Source: Armatimonadota bacterium (GTDB lineage Bacteria > Armatimonadota > UBA5829 > DSUL01). From it: 64,000 bases of DNA. The notes beneath the pieces were generated by a model. That model worked only from the letters and a program-made list of their open reading frames with translations. It was not told the origin of the DNA and made no database searches. Below, piece after piece: positions 1 through 9,304 of the stretch. Positions within the stretch are counted from its first letter, which is position 1; the number at the start of each line of letters is the position of its first letter. The stretch is taken from contig JBDHZC010000004.1 in the NCBI GenBank assembly GCA_039811685.1, forward strand, positions 267,104-331,103, read 5' to 3'. A program made the translations under genes and the position numbers.

Positions 1-442
1 CGCCAGGAGATACCCCGCCAAAAACAAGGCATAGCATCGAAAGCGGAAAACTGCTCAACAAAAGCAGGCTCAGCAGCAGTATAGCGGGTAACAGCTTTCC
101 AAAAACGATCTCTTTCGGCCTTAAGAGAGTGGATACGAGCAATTCCATCGTCTGTTGCTCGTGCTCGATTGTCAGGACCCACGAAGTCAGCCCTGGCGTG
201 ACTACGGCGATTAGGCATGCCTGGCAGAAAAACAGAATCGCCAGAAGTTCCTGTCCTGAACTCTGAATCGTTTCGTAGAGCGCCGGGCGCTGTGATCTGA
301 CGCCGTATGCGAGGAGCATGACGAGCGAGAGAATGAGGACATAGCAAAACAGCAGGAGGTAGCTGCGTGAACCTCGCGCGCGCATTCGCATCTCGCGAAC
401 GGCAATGGGGTTGTCCAGTCTCCAACTGCCGACCACGCTCAT
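1..442 (-). CDS. ABC-2 type transporter permease (3' end lies beyond the window edge)
   Basis: It is absent from the ORF track because it runs off the window. My translation of the minus strand from ATG at 442 gives MSVVGSWRLDNPIAVREMRMRARGSRSYLLLFCYVLILSLVMLLAYG...TIEHEQQTMELLVSTLLRPKEIVFGKLLPAILLLSLLLLSSFPLSMLCLVFGG, with no stop down to position 1. It has several hydrophobic helices. Its ATG overlaps the upstream ATPase stop (ATGA). Confidence 0.6.
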   Translation of the reverse strand, partial: MSVVGSWRLDNPIAVREMRMRARGSRSYLLLFCYVLILSLVMLLAYGVRSQRPALYETIQSSGQELLAILFFCQACLIAVVTPGLTSWVLTIEHEQQTMELLVSTLLRPKEIVFGKLLPAILLLSLLLLSSFPLSMLCLVFGGVSPG

Positions 443-1380
443 TGCACAATTCCCTTCGTAAGTCGCATGAAGGCATCTTCCAGGTTCATTTCCGCCGGGG
501 AGAAGGACAGCACTCGGAATCCCGCTTGCACCAGACGCTTTACAATTTCGTGCTCTGAGTCCTGCGGACCAGTGTAGGTGACAATCAGGCGTCCGTCCTG
601 TGCGGCAGCGCTGGCTACTCCCGGCATTTCGGCAATCTCTGCGAGCGCTTCCTCCTGACGCTCCAGAACGCGAATATGAATCTTCCGTCCCTCCTGGAGT
701 GCGGCTGTAATATCGCGCACAGGGCCCGCGACGATGAGACGGCCGGCCTCAATCACAGCAATTTTGTTGCAGAAGTCAGCGAGCTCAGGGAGAATATGGC
801 TTGAGACCAGAATCGTCTTCCCCATCTCCCGCAGGTCCTTGATAATCTCTTTGAATTCGACCCTCGCTCTGGGGTCCAGTCCGCTGGCGGGTTCGTCGAG
901 GATGAGGAGCTCCGGATTGTGAAGCAGCGTCTTGGCCAGACACAACCGTTGTTTCATTCCTCTGGAGAGGCTTTCAACGTAAGAGTCTCGCTTTGGCGCG
1001 AGGTCTGTAATTTCAAGCACATCTCTGGACGCCTGAGCGCGCTCAGCAGGAGGCAGACGGTAGGCCGACGCAAAAAAGTCCAGATACTCCCAGACCTTCA
1101 GGTCATCATAAACTCCAAAGAAGTCTGGCATATATCCAATCATTTTGCGGATCTGATACGGGTCTTCCAGAACGTCCACACCGCACACCCGGACTGTGCC
1201 TTCAGTCGCATCAAGCAGAGTTGCGGCAATCTTAATCGTCGTCGTTTTCCCGGCGCCGTTTGGGCCGACGAAGCCCAGCACATCCCCGCGCTGCAGAGTG
1301 AGCGACAGATGCTCCACCGCGCTCAATGCGCCGTAGGTTTTGGTCAGATTGTCAACTTCCAGCACAGGTGATCTGGCCAA
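439..1380 (-). CDS. ABC transporter ATP-binding protein (ABC-2/NatA-like)
   Basis: It carries Walker A GPNGAGKTT, signature LSRGMKQRL, Walker B LLILDEPASGLD and H-loop VSSHIL. The track start (1527) overlaps the upstream gene. TTG at 1380 sits 8 nt after a GAGG; GTG at 1365 is an alternative start. Confidence 0.9.
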   Translation of the reverse strand: MARSPVLEVDNLTKTYGALSAVEHLSLTLQRGDVLGFVGPNGAGKTTTIKIAATLLDATEGTVRVCGVDVLEDPYQIRKMIGYMPDFFGVYDDLKVWEYLDFFASAYRLPPAERAQASRDVLEITDLAPKRDSYVESLSRGMKQRLCLAKTLLHNPELLILDEPASGLDPRARVEFKEIIKDLREMGKTILVSSHILPELADFCNKIAVIEAGRLIVAGPVRDITAALQEGRKIHIRVLERQEEALAEIAEMPGVASAAAQDGRLIVTYTGPQDSEHEIVKRLVQAGFRVLSFSPAEMNLEDAFMRLTKGIVQ

Positions 1381-1382
1381 CG

Positions 1383-3680
1383 CTAGTACCTCAGGGTGAT
1401 CTCCGGTGGTCTGATCCGGGAATGAGCCGCCAAGTTTGCCTTGACAAGGATATCGTGCGTTGCAGAGACGGCGGCCTGCGGCAGTAGTCTCTGCAATGAT
1501 GCACCGGCGGCAGGTACAGGCTGCCACCCGCCCGCCTGCCAGTCCCAGTAGCTCAGCCGCGGCGCCGGTCCAATCTCGGGCTTGGCTCTAAGTTCTATCT
1601 CTTTAGCTTTCAAATCAGTCCAGATATCTCCCACCCGAAACTGCCAGATGCCTGCCGAGATGGTCGAAAACGCAGTGACGGTGCGGGGGGAGGCCTCTTC
1701 AGGTGTCAGGTCTCGCGCCCAGCTCAAACGCCCTGGCCGCACCAGAGTACTTTGCCCGCTCGCAACATCAATGCTGGTTGTCATCACGTACACCGAGAAT
1801 GCTTCCGCCTTCCGCGCCGGAGGGTCACACGCGACAGGAACTGCCGGATTCGGGCTGAGAGCTGTAATAGTCAGCGAGCTCAGGTCGCCGGGTGTGGCAT
1901 CGCGTATTTGATCGAAAACTATCCCGCCGACCTCTTGCGACCACGACTGCGACGTACTCGAACGCACCACACGAGAGTTGTCCATCGCCATTGTCTCTCC
2001 CCGCTTGATGCTCTTGATCTGCCGCAAGTCATTCCCACAGTAGAGGCGTATGTCAACGAGCTTGGATTGGCTGATGTTGGTGACAGTACCGCGCAGCTTC
2101 CCCCCTGCGTCCAGGCGCAAGTCTATTTTCAGGGGCGTCTTGAGCCGCCGTGTGCCTGAGAGGCCGTAGTAGTTGATCGTCCACTGACGCGCATGGATGC
2201 TCCTCTTCGAGATGCTGCTTTCGTCTGTGACGTCCATGAAGACATCCTCACGCTCTGAGTCATCCTCAGGGGAGAAAGGGGACGGCAGCCACCAGGACTG
2301 GCCGCGTGGGACACTCAGAGTGTACGTCCTTGTCGCTGGAGTCAGCAGATTCCCTATGACGTCATCTCGCCATCGCTCCTCTCCTGGCCGGCCATACAGA
2401 ATCGCTATTTGGCGCTGGGTAAGCAAACGCCCGTACACTCTGGCCCCGATTCCCCACGCTACTGCGGTGAAAATCAGAACCACGGCGGGAGTTGTCAACC
2501 AGAGCAACTGCTTCCGGTCCAGCCTGTTCAGAACAAGGAAGTTTCCGGCTGTCACTACCAGAAGGTAAGCGAGGAGAAACGATCCGACAATGTCGAGGCC
2601 AGGCAATCGGATCTTTGCGCTTTCGGCCAGATGTCTTGTTACAGGGACCGTGTCAATTCGCGGGGCGTCGTACGGGGCGTAACAGACGGACAGCACCTGC
2701 TCGAGTAACTCTTCATAGCTACCCCACTGTTGCAGGGCGGCGCTTGTCGGGTCCACAGACAGGAAGAAGACAGATCCTGCGCCGTAGGGTCTGCCTGTCA
2801 GGACTGGAGTGTCGCCCCACCGCAGGAAAACGCGTGCGTCTGTCTTTGGGCGCCCTTCTGCGTAGAAGATGGGAGTACCTGAGCCCGGAAGTGTCACTGA
2901 TGAGGCCCTCTCGACGGTGACGGGGAGAATATTCCGGAAGAACTCAGCGTCAAACCGCCCAATATCCGGAGCGGCCGTAACAAGTACCACTCCTCCAGCA
3001 GCCGCATAGTCCTCGACAACCCGCAACGTCTGAGGAGAAGCCGATCTCGGGCTGAATCCTGTTAGCAGGAGACAGCCGGCGGGTCCATAGTAGCCCACAG
3101 TATCAGAAGCCTGAGCCGAATCTTCAATTCTGTCAAGCGCTGCGACTTCCAGACCTTGTATGTCCGGCATTGGTGGGTATTCTATTGGCACGCCAATCTC
3201 GTTGAAACCAGGAGGCGGCGCGGGAGGCCTTCCAAAAAAGCTCAAACCCATGGGGATGCTCAACCTGCCTGATGACTCACCGATGGCGCACAGGACAGTC
3301 TGGCTACTCTCTGGTTCGGTCCACTTTGCTTTGGTGCTACCTTTTGTGGAACCGTTGCTGTCTCGCAACAAAATGTCGCACAGGTCAGGCCATGCTCCGA
3401 CGGAATGGCACACTGCAAAGTAGACGGAGCGCCCCCTGGCGCTTACGGAGACAGGTATCTCTGTGCGGCTCGGTTCCCGGCGACCCTGGGTGCTGAGTAT
3501 GAGCCTTCCTCGAAAGGCCTCGCCGGAGTTTGTCACGGTGATACGCAAGGGGACAGGTGCGCCACTCAGCGCATAGCCGCCAATCCCTGCTTTTGCCTCC
3601 AGCGTCACCTTTGCGCAGGCCGGCCCGGTCAAGAGCGCCGCAGACAGCGCTAAGGCCCCCAGCCAGATCGAATTTCTCAT
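1383..3680 (-). CDS. Large exported membrane protein, possible accessory subunit of the ABC-2 transporter (function unknown)
   Basis: It is 765 aa with signal peptide MRNSIWLGALALSAALLTGPACA. Two central hydrophobic helices are present (FLLAYLLVVTAGNFLVL and LWLTTPAVVLIFTAVAWGIGA). It is the first gene of a tightly packed 3-gene minus-strand operon. I recognised no catalytic motif. Confidence 0.6.
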   Translation of the reverse strand: MRNSIWLGALALSAALLTGPACAKVTLEAKAGIGGYALSGAPVPLRITVTNSGEAFRGRLILSTQGRREPSRTEIPVSVSARGRSVYFAVCHSVGAWPDLCDILLRDSNGSTKGSTKAKWTEPESSQTVLCAIGESSGRLSIPMGLSFFGRPPAPPPGFNEIGVPIEYPPMPDIQGLEVAALDRIEDSAQASDTVGYYGPAGCLLLTGFSPRSASPQTLRVVEDYAAAGGVVLVTAAPDIGRFDAEFFRNILPVTVERASSVTLPGSGTPIFYAEGRPKTDARVFLRWGDTPVLTGRPYGAGSVFFLSVDPTSAALQQWGSYEELLEQVLSVCYAPYDAPRIDTVPVTRHLAESAKIRLPGLDIVGSFLLAYLLVVTAGNFLVLNRLDRKQLLWLTTPAVVLIFTAVAWGIGARVYGRLLTQRQIAILYGRPGEERWRDDVIGNLLTPATRTYTLSVPRGQSWWLPSPFSPEDDSEREDVFMDVTDESSISKRSIHARQWTINYYGLSGTRRLKTPLKIDLRLDAGGKLRGTVTNISQSKLVDIRLYCGNDLRQIKSIKRGETMAMDNSRVVRSSTSQSWSQEVGGIVFDQIRDATPGDLSSLTITALSPNPAVPVACDPPARKAEAFSVYVMTTSIDVASGQSTLVRPGRLSWARDLTPEEASPRTVTAFSTISAGIWQFRVGDIWTDLKAKEIELRAKPEIGPAPRLSYWDWQAGGWQPVPAAGASLQRLLPQAAVSATHDILVKANLAAHSRIRPPEITLRY

Positions 3681-3894
3681 CAGGCAGCCATTCTACCACA
3701 CCGCGTACAGCTCATTTGCGCAGGCAGTCTCCTGGAAGGCGCCTTGAGTGTGGGATGACTGTCACTCTGCCGCCTCTGCGACGCCGCACTTACCGGGCGT
3801 TGCTGTCAAAGTGAAGCCTGCAACAGCGCCGGGCGGTCAGGTGTTAGACGCAGCTTTCCGCCGCGCCAGTTCCCTGTTCTGCCAGGTCTGCCGG

Positions 3895-4749
3895 CTAGCC
3901 TGCGCTGTGTTTGCGGCTCGTGGCGCGCCCGTTGCTGTCCGTGAGGGCTTCAATCAGAACTTCGAAAGCGTGCTCGGGGCTGTCGCTGTAGGTTATCAGG
4001 TCCAGGTCTTCAGGGCTGATGGTTCCCCATTTGACCAGAGCTTCGAAGTTGACCACTTCTTTCCAGTACTCACTGCCATACATGATCACGGGCAGTCTGC
4101 GCCGGATTTTGCGCGTCTGGAGCAGCGTTAGCAGATCCATCAGCTCATCCAGCGTGCCGAAGCCTCCGGGAAAGATACACAGGCCACGGGACATGTACAC
4201 AAACCAGTACTTGCGCATAAAGAAGTAGTGAAACTCCATAGCAAGTTTGTCCGTAATATAGGAGTTGCACTGCTCTTCAAAGGGCAGGCTGATGCCAAGT
4301 CCAATCGTTTTTCCGCCAGCCTCGGCCGCGCCGCGGTTAGCCGCTTCCATAATCCCAGGTCCGCCGCCGGAGCAGACAAGGAAGCGATTCCAGGAGCCTT
4401 TGAGCGACAATGCCCACTCGGTGATCATGTATGCGAGCTTGCGAGCGTCTTCATAGTAGTGAGACATCTTGAAGTCGGCTTCAGCCCGGCGAAGCTGCAT
4501 TTGATGCAGCACGCTGTCGGGATTCTTGAGAAGCCGCATTTCAGCCCGCTGAAGTTCGCGCTCCGCAATGTCAGGCTGCATAGTGCGGGCGGACCCGTAA
4601 AATACGACAGTGTCTTTGACCTTCTCTTCCCGGAATCTGTGGAGGGGCCCGAAGTACTCTGAGAGAATTCGCACCGCGCGCGCATCCGGACTGGCTAGAA
4701 ACTCGAGATCGAGATAAGCCCTTTGAGCTTTGGATTTGTGGTCTGCCAT
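3895..4749 (-). CDS. LOG family protein (TIGR00730-type Rossmann fold nucleotide-binding protein)
   Basis: The motifs GGGPGIMEAANRGAAEAGG and PGGFGTLDELMDLL are typical of the LOG / lysine-decarboxylase-like family. The ORF is a clean 284 aa with an ATG start. Confidence 0.8.
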   Translation of the reverse strand: MADHKSKAQRAYLDLEFLASPDARAVRILSEYFGPLHRFREEKVKDTVVFYGSARTMQPDIAERELQRAEMRLLKNPDSVLHQMQLRRAEADFKMSHYYEDARKLAYMITEWALSLKGSWNRFLVCSGGGPGIMEAANRGAAEAGGKTIGLGISLPFEEQCNSYITDKLAMEFHYFFMRKYWFVYMSRGLCIFPGGFGTLDELMDLLTLLQTRKIRRRLPVIMYGSEYWKEVVNFEALVKWGTISPEDLDLITYSDSPEHAFEVLIEALTDSNGRATSRKHSAG

Positions 4750-5117
4750 AGAGTGATTATTGGTGTTTCAGGGAGTGAATTTGCACGTTGTGCCCGTATA
4801 GTGACGCAAGGAAGCGTCTGTTGCGCCTGTGTTGTGTGACGTGTAACGCCGACAGTCGCAGTATACTACCGGAGCGGTCGTTGAGGCCGCAACAGCACAC
4901 GTTGGGCGGTACCGTCCTGGTTAGTGCCGTCTCCTGCGATCCGGCAGGTGTTTCAGTGAGGGGCGCAGAATAGGGCTGTGTTGTCTGAGACCTCCAAAAC
5001 ACAGGGCGCTTTCAGCTTATGTGCGCAATAACCCTAAACGGGCTGTGCCCTGACCGCCGATAATACTCGAAGAACGGCCGATTGCCCTGAAGGCTGGCCA
5101 GGATTGGGAGAAGTAAA

Positions 5118-5387
5118 ATGTCTCAGGCCGCACAGGCTCGCAAGGCAGAGTCCGTACAGTCATTTGCTCAGAACGTCAAGGAACCGGAAGCTCTCGCGCA
5201 TATGCAGGATTTGCGAAAATCTATCGTCCGTAGTAATCGTCTGTGGCTGCTGGCATTTGTTGCCGTGTTGGCCGCCAGTTTCTTCCTTATGTGGTTCTTT
5301 GGCAGGCAGGATCGGATGATGGAGAAGCGGGACACAGAGCGCATGACCTCTCCCGGGACTTCACAGAGCGCTCCTTCCAGTCGCTGA
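5118..5387 (+). CDS. Small hypothetical membrane protein
   Basis: A GGGAGAAG Shine-Dalgarno lies 4 nt upstream of the ATG. There is one hydrophobic helix (LWLLAFVAVLAASFFLMWFF). No family was recognised. Confidence 0.4.
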   Translation: MSQAAQARKAESVQSFAQNVKEPEALAHMQDLRKSIVRSNRLWLLAFVAVLAASFFLMWFFGRQDRMMEKRDTERMTSPGTSQSAPSSR

Positions 5388-5701
5388 CTCTTGCGCCAGG
5401 CCAATGGCACAGCTCTTTCAGGGCTGCGCTTCCTCTCTGCCTCACCTGTTTTTCGTCAGATTCATTGCGCAGGCCGGGCGTCCTCGCGCCGGCTAATCGC
5501 AGGCGTTTGCTCTGCGCTCCTGTTTCGTCACACTTCCTGATCGGCATCCAGTCCGCCTTGACATCCCCTCTGAAAACACTTACAGTACGACCGCCTGATA
5601 TTTTGTGAAAGAGGGCCCTTGCTTGTCTTTGCGATACCCAGTCTTTCAGTCCTGGTCAAGAGTTCGTCGAGGCAAAAGGGCCACCAGAGCGGACTTGCCA
5701 A

Positions 5702-6526
5702 ATGAAAACCTGTTTCAACACTGTCACCTGCGGGGCGGATAAACCGCTTGAGCAGACAATCGACTATGTGGGCGCGTGTGGATATGACGGCATCGAGGTA
5801 GAGGCCGGGCGCATTGATGACTATCTCACCCGGCACTCACTCGAAGACCTCAAGCGTCATCTTGACAGAAACAACCTTGCTGTCGCCGCTATTATGGCCT
5901 TCCCGTTTTTCGCCTTCAATCTCGCTGAGCAGAACAACCATATCCAGCGAGTCCAACATTACGCCAGGATCGCTTCTGATCTTGGGTCTGACACCCTCCT
6001 GTGTTTCATCTGCGACGCGCCGCCCTCAGGTACGGGCATAGCCCACGCACTTGAAATCGCGGGCCGCTCAGCGCAGCGCTACGGAGAGGCTTCGGCTTGT
6101 TTTGGCGTTAAGTGCGCCATAGAGCCCATCGGTGGGTCCAGCTTCATCCCTGGTCCCCGGCAGGCTCTGGCGGTTGCAGGCGCTTCGGGCAGTGATTCTG
6201 TCGGAATAATGATGGACACCTTCCACTACTACAAGTCCGCAGTCCCAATCGAAGACATTCGCGCCATCCCCCAGAGCCAACTCCTTATCGTCCATGTGAA
6301 TGATTGCCCGGACATACCCGCAGCGGACCTCAACGACGGGCACCGCATCCACCCTGGTCACGGGGTCATCCCGCTCGTTCAACAGTTCCGCATTCTGAAA
6401 AGCGATATTGGCTACGACGGTTTTCTCAGTATTGAGATATTCAACGAGAAGTACTGGCAGGAAGATCACGAAAAAGTGATCCGCGACGCGAAAGACGCGC
6501 TGGATCGCGTGCTGGCGCAGGTGTAG
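5702..6526 (+). CDS. Sugar phosphate isomerase/epimerase (xylose isomerase-like TIM barrel)
   Basis: It is 274 aa. Its length and segments such as GYDGIEVEAGR, MMDTFHYY and VHVNDC fit the family. It sits immediately upstream of a Gfo/Idh/MocA gene, which is a common pairing. Confidence 0.7.
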   Translation: MKTCFNTVTCGADKPLEQTIDYVGACGYDGIEVEAGRIDDYLTRHSLEDLKRHLDRNNLAVAAIMAFPFFAFNLAEQNNHIQRVQHYARIASDLGSDTLLCFICDAPPSGTGIAHALEIAGRSAQRYGEASACFGVKCAIEPIGGSSFIPGPRQALAVAGASGSDSVGIMMDTFHYYKSAVPIEDIRAIPQSQLLIVHVNDCPDIPAADLNDGHRIHPGHGVIPLVQQFRILKSDIGYDGFLSIEIFNEKYWQEDHEKVIRDAKDALDRVLAQV

Positions 6527-6529
6527 CCA

Positions 6530-7618
6530 TTGGGGGATCCCTTGAACTCCACGAAGGATAACAACTCCCGCCTGAGAATTGGTTTTGTCGGCGCCGGGGC
6601 AATGGGGCAGACCGCTCATCTTCAGAACTTTGCTCTCATCCCCGACTGTGAGATTGTCGCCCTGGCAGAAGGACGCAGGAAGACTGCTGAGATGGTGGCC
6701 GCCCGCTATGCAATTCCCGCTGTGTACCCGGACCACAGGGCCATGCTGGCGGAGGCAGACATTGATGCCGTTGTCGCCATTGTCCCTTACGCTCTGCACC
6801 CTTCAATCGTCCCTGACATCCTGAACGCCGGCAAGCATCTGCTTACTGAAAAACCCATCTGTCTGCGCCTGGACAATGCCCGGCGCCTGGCCTCACTGGC
6901 TGAGGAGAAGAAGCTGATTTACATGGTGGGCAACATGAAGCGTGCGCTTCCAGCATCTGTAGAGGCCCGGCGCAGGATTGAGGAGTGGAAGCTGTCCGGA
7001 GCTATAGGCAGAATGAACTACGTCCGCGCCAGTATGCCTCCGGGAGACTGGGTTTTCGGTGTGCAGTGGCGCGCCAGCGCGGGAGATAATGCGCCTGCCT
7101 ATCCCGGAGAAACCTCTGAGAGCCCACCGGAGTGGATGGGGGAGCTTGGAGAAAAATACAACGCGTTCGTCAACTACTTCATTCACCAGGTCAACATGAT
7201 CCGCTATCTGATTGGTGAGGACTACCACGTCGTCTTTGTGGACAAATCCGAGGCCGTCATGCTCTCGGAGTCCGACAGCGGTGTCACCATTGCGCTGGAG
7301 ATGAAAGGGCACGGCCTCCACAAGAGCTGGGAGGAGTACTACATGGTGTCCTTTGAGAGTGGACGCGTAGATCTCTCACTCCCGGCGCCAATGGCACAAC
7401 AAAACGGCGGCGACGTGCGCTTCTATATCGCTTCGGAAGGCAATCCGCGCTGGGAGCGGCCTGTAATTGATCCAGTGTGGAGCATGCTGGCACAGGCCCG
7501 GCATTTTGTAAGTTGCGTCCGGCAAAGTAAGCAGAGCTGCAACCCAGCCTCTGAAGCGCTCAAAGACCTCGAAGTTGCGGAGCAGTATATAAGAGCGCTC
7601 AGCTCATCTCTGAGGTAG
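6530..7618 (+). CDS. Gfo/Idh/MocA family oxidoreductase
   Basis: It has an N-terminal Rossmann motif (IGFVGAGAMGQ) and an EKP motif (LLTEKP). The TTG start lies 3 nt after the upstream stop. Confidence 0.85.
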   Translation: MGDPLNSTKDNNSRLRIGFVGAGAMGQTAHLQNFALIPDCEIVALAEGRRKTAEMVAARYAIPAVYPDHRAMLAEADIDAVVAIVPYALHPSIVPDILNAGKHLLTEKPICLRLDNARRLASLAEEKKLIYMVGNMKRALPASVEARRRIEEWKLSGAIGRMNYVRASMPPGDWVFGVQWRASAGDNAPAYPGETSESPPEWMGELGEKYNAFVNYFIHQVNMIRYLIGEDYHVVFVDKSEAVMLSESDSGVTIALEMKGHGLHKSWEEYYMVSFESGRVDLSLPAPMAQQNGGDVRFYIASEGNPRWERPVIDPVWSMLAQARHFVSCVRQSKQSCNPASEALKDLEVAEQYIRALSSSLR

Positions 7619-8062
7619 AGAATCTTGCGTCTGACCCTTTCAGAATCGAGAGAGGAGTTGCTTGGTCGCTGGTCTGCGTATGGACGAGCTGCTAGAGTTA
7701 GTGTCAGGCGCTGTCTTTGTGGCAGGTTCTTCGGATAACTTTGCTCCAGACGTCACTGGTAACGTGGCGCGGAGCCAGAAGATAGAGGCACAGCCCTTCT
7801 CGCGTTGGGGAGAGAAGCTCAAGGATACGGCGATCAGTCGCGGGACGCAGCGGCGCAGTCTCAGGGGATGAATGAGGGATCAGCTCTGTCTGAGCCGTCG
7901 CTTGCGCATCACTTTGAATGTGTTCGTCTACGTTGAAGTCGGCCATTGTGAGCCTCTCGCTCGTTGTCCGTACCCAACAACTGCAAAGGGAAGCTGTCTT
8001 GTCGGTCAACAGATAGCAGACTGCGTGGCGATAGGCGGTGTTCCGGCTTACGTCGAGAATTC

Positions 8063-8095
8063 GCAAAAAAAGCCGGCGCACACGGATCGCGCGCC
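8063..8095 (-). terminator. Rho-independent terminator downstream of the 8250..9110 gene
   Basis: The minus strand reads GGCGCGCGAUCCGUGUGCGCC (an 8-bp stem including G-U pairs) followed by GGCUUUUUUUGCG. Confidence 0.6.
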
Positions 8096-8249
8096 AGCTT
8101 CATCCTGATAATTACTCCTCAGCAGAGCGCATTTTCGTACGTTTACAGTTCACCAACCGCCGCGAATTCGAGAACTCAGGTTACAGCTGTGCATCTCGGA
8201 ATTTACCGGTGTAGAAATATGTCGGCTGGTAAACAGACCACTGCGCCCT

Positions 8250-9110
8250 TCAGTTGTTTGCGCGAGGGCGGTTGTTACCCTGAGAAGCGCTGCGGTTACG
8301 TCCTTGCCGGTTCGCGCCTCGATTGGACCTCCACATCTCACGCTGAGCCTCTCGCCATTGCTGGTAGGTGGGAGAATTGCTGTTGCGCAGATCTCTGTAC
8401 GCCTGCATCCGCGCTTCCATCAAGGCTTTTCGATCTGTCGGATTCATGGCAATGTCATCAGCCATAGACCTCTCAAGAGCCTGAGCGCGGTCCTGGCGAT
8501 TCATCTGCAGAAAGCTCTGATCCTGTTGACGGCTGAGATCGGCGTACCCGAGCGCGTTAGCCGAGACCGGCGCCGCCGGGTTGATTTCCCCCACATCTGC
8601 GGGAATCTCCGAACCGATCAAGAGATAGACTGGCTTCAAGCCCAACTGTTTGGCTGTCTCTGCCACCTGAGTGCGTTTGGCATCTGACTTCGTCAGCGTA
8701 AGCTGAGAACCAGTCTGCGGATCGTAGAGCATCATTGTCCTGGCAGCTTCGAGCTGTTGAAGGAGAGCAGCCTGCTGCCGGGCTTTGTCCAGCTCGTCCT
8801 TTTTGGATGTCCCGTCTGGAATAAAAACTTGACGCCAGGTTGCCTTGGTCGCTCTGGCCACAGCATCCAGTACCTGCTCCAGTGGAGTCTGAGTGAAGTT
8901 GCCGCTGAAGTGCGCTGTGGCAACGCCATCTACCAGCACAGGGATACTGGCTTTCTCTGTAAGCGCTGTCGCGACTGCACTGAGGCTCAGGTCTTCTGCG
9001 CTCAAAGAGACGGGCGGTCCTCCAGGTGCGGAGCTGTCTTGAGCGGTGGCTGGAATGGCCGATGAAGCCAGCGCCGCTGCTATTGCCACGGCCAAAAATC
9101 TGGGCTGCAT
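8250..9110 (-). CDS. Secreted hypothetical protein
   Basis: It has a Sec signal peptide (MQPRFLAVAIAAALASSAIPATAQ). The mature N-terminus loosely resembles secretin/STN-type domains. The C-terminus is an R/N/Q-rich tail (RSNRGANRQGRNRSASQGNNRPRANN). Confidence 0.6.
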   Translation of the reverse strand: MQPRFLAVAIAAALASSAIPATAQDSSAPGGPPVSLSAEDLSLSAVATALTEKASIPVLVDGVATAHFSGNFTQTPLEQVLDAVARATKATWRQVFIPDGTSKKDELDKARQQAALLQQLEAARTMMLYDPQTGSQLTLTKSDAKRTQVAETAKQLGLKPVYLLIGSEIPADVGEINPAAPVSANALGYADLSRQQDQSFLQMNRQDRAQALERSMADDIAMNPTDRKALMEARMQAYRDLRNSNSPTYQQWREAQREMWRSNRGANRQGRNRSASQGNNRPRANN

Positions 9111-9304
9111 AGCTCTTGTTCCCTTTCGATCAACTGCTGACGCTCTGGTCAGGCATAATTCTCTTGGATTATAGACGAACGGAGACCCGGTAGTCTTAAC
9201 AGGTGTCTGGCCGCAGCCGCAAGAATGAACCGCAGAGGTTCAATTGCTGGCATTTTCGCCGCTATGTTATACTGGGAATAACTTCTTGGGAGTGTAAACG
9301 CGTT

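Noticed and set aside
211-405. Track ORF (64 aa, minus strand) at the left edge.
   Set aside because: It is out of frame with, and fully inside, the much more convincing ABC-2 permease reading frame that runs from 442 to the window edge.
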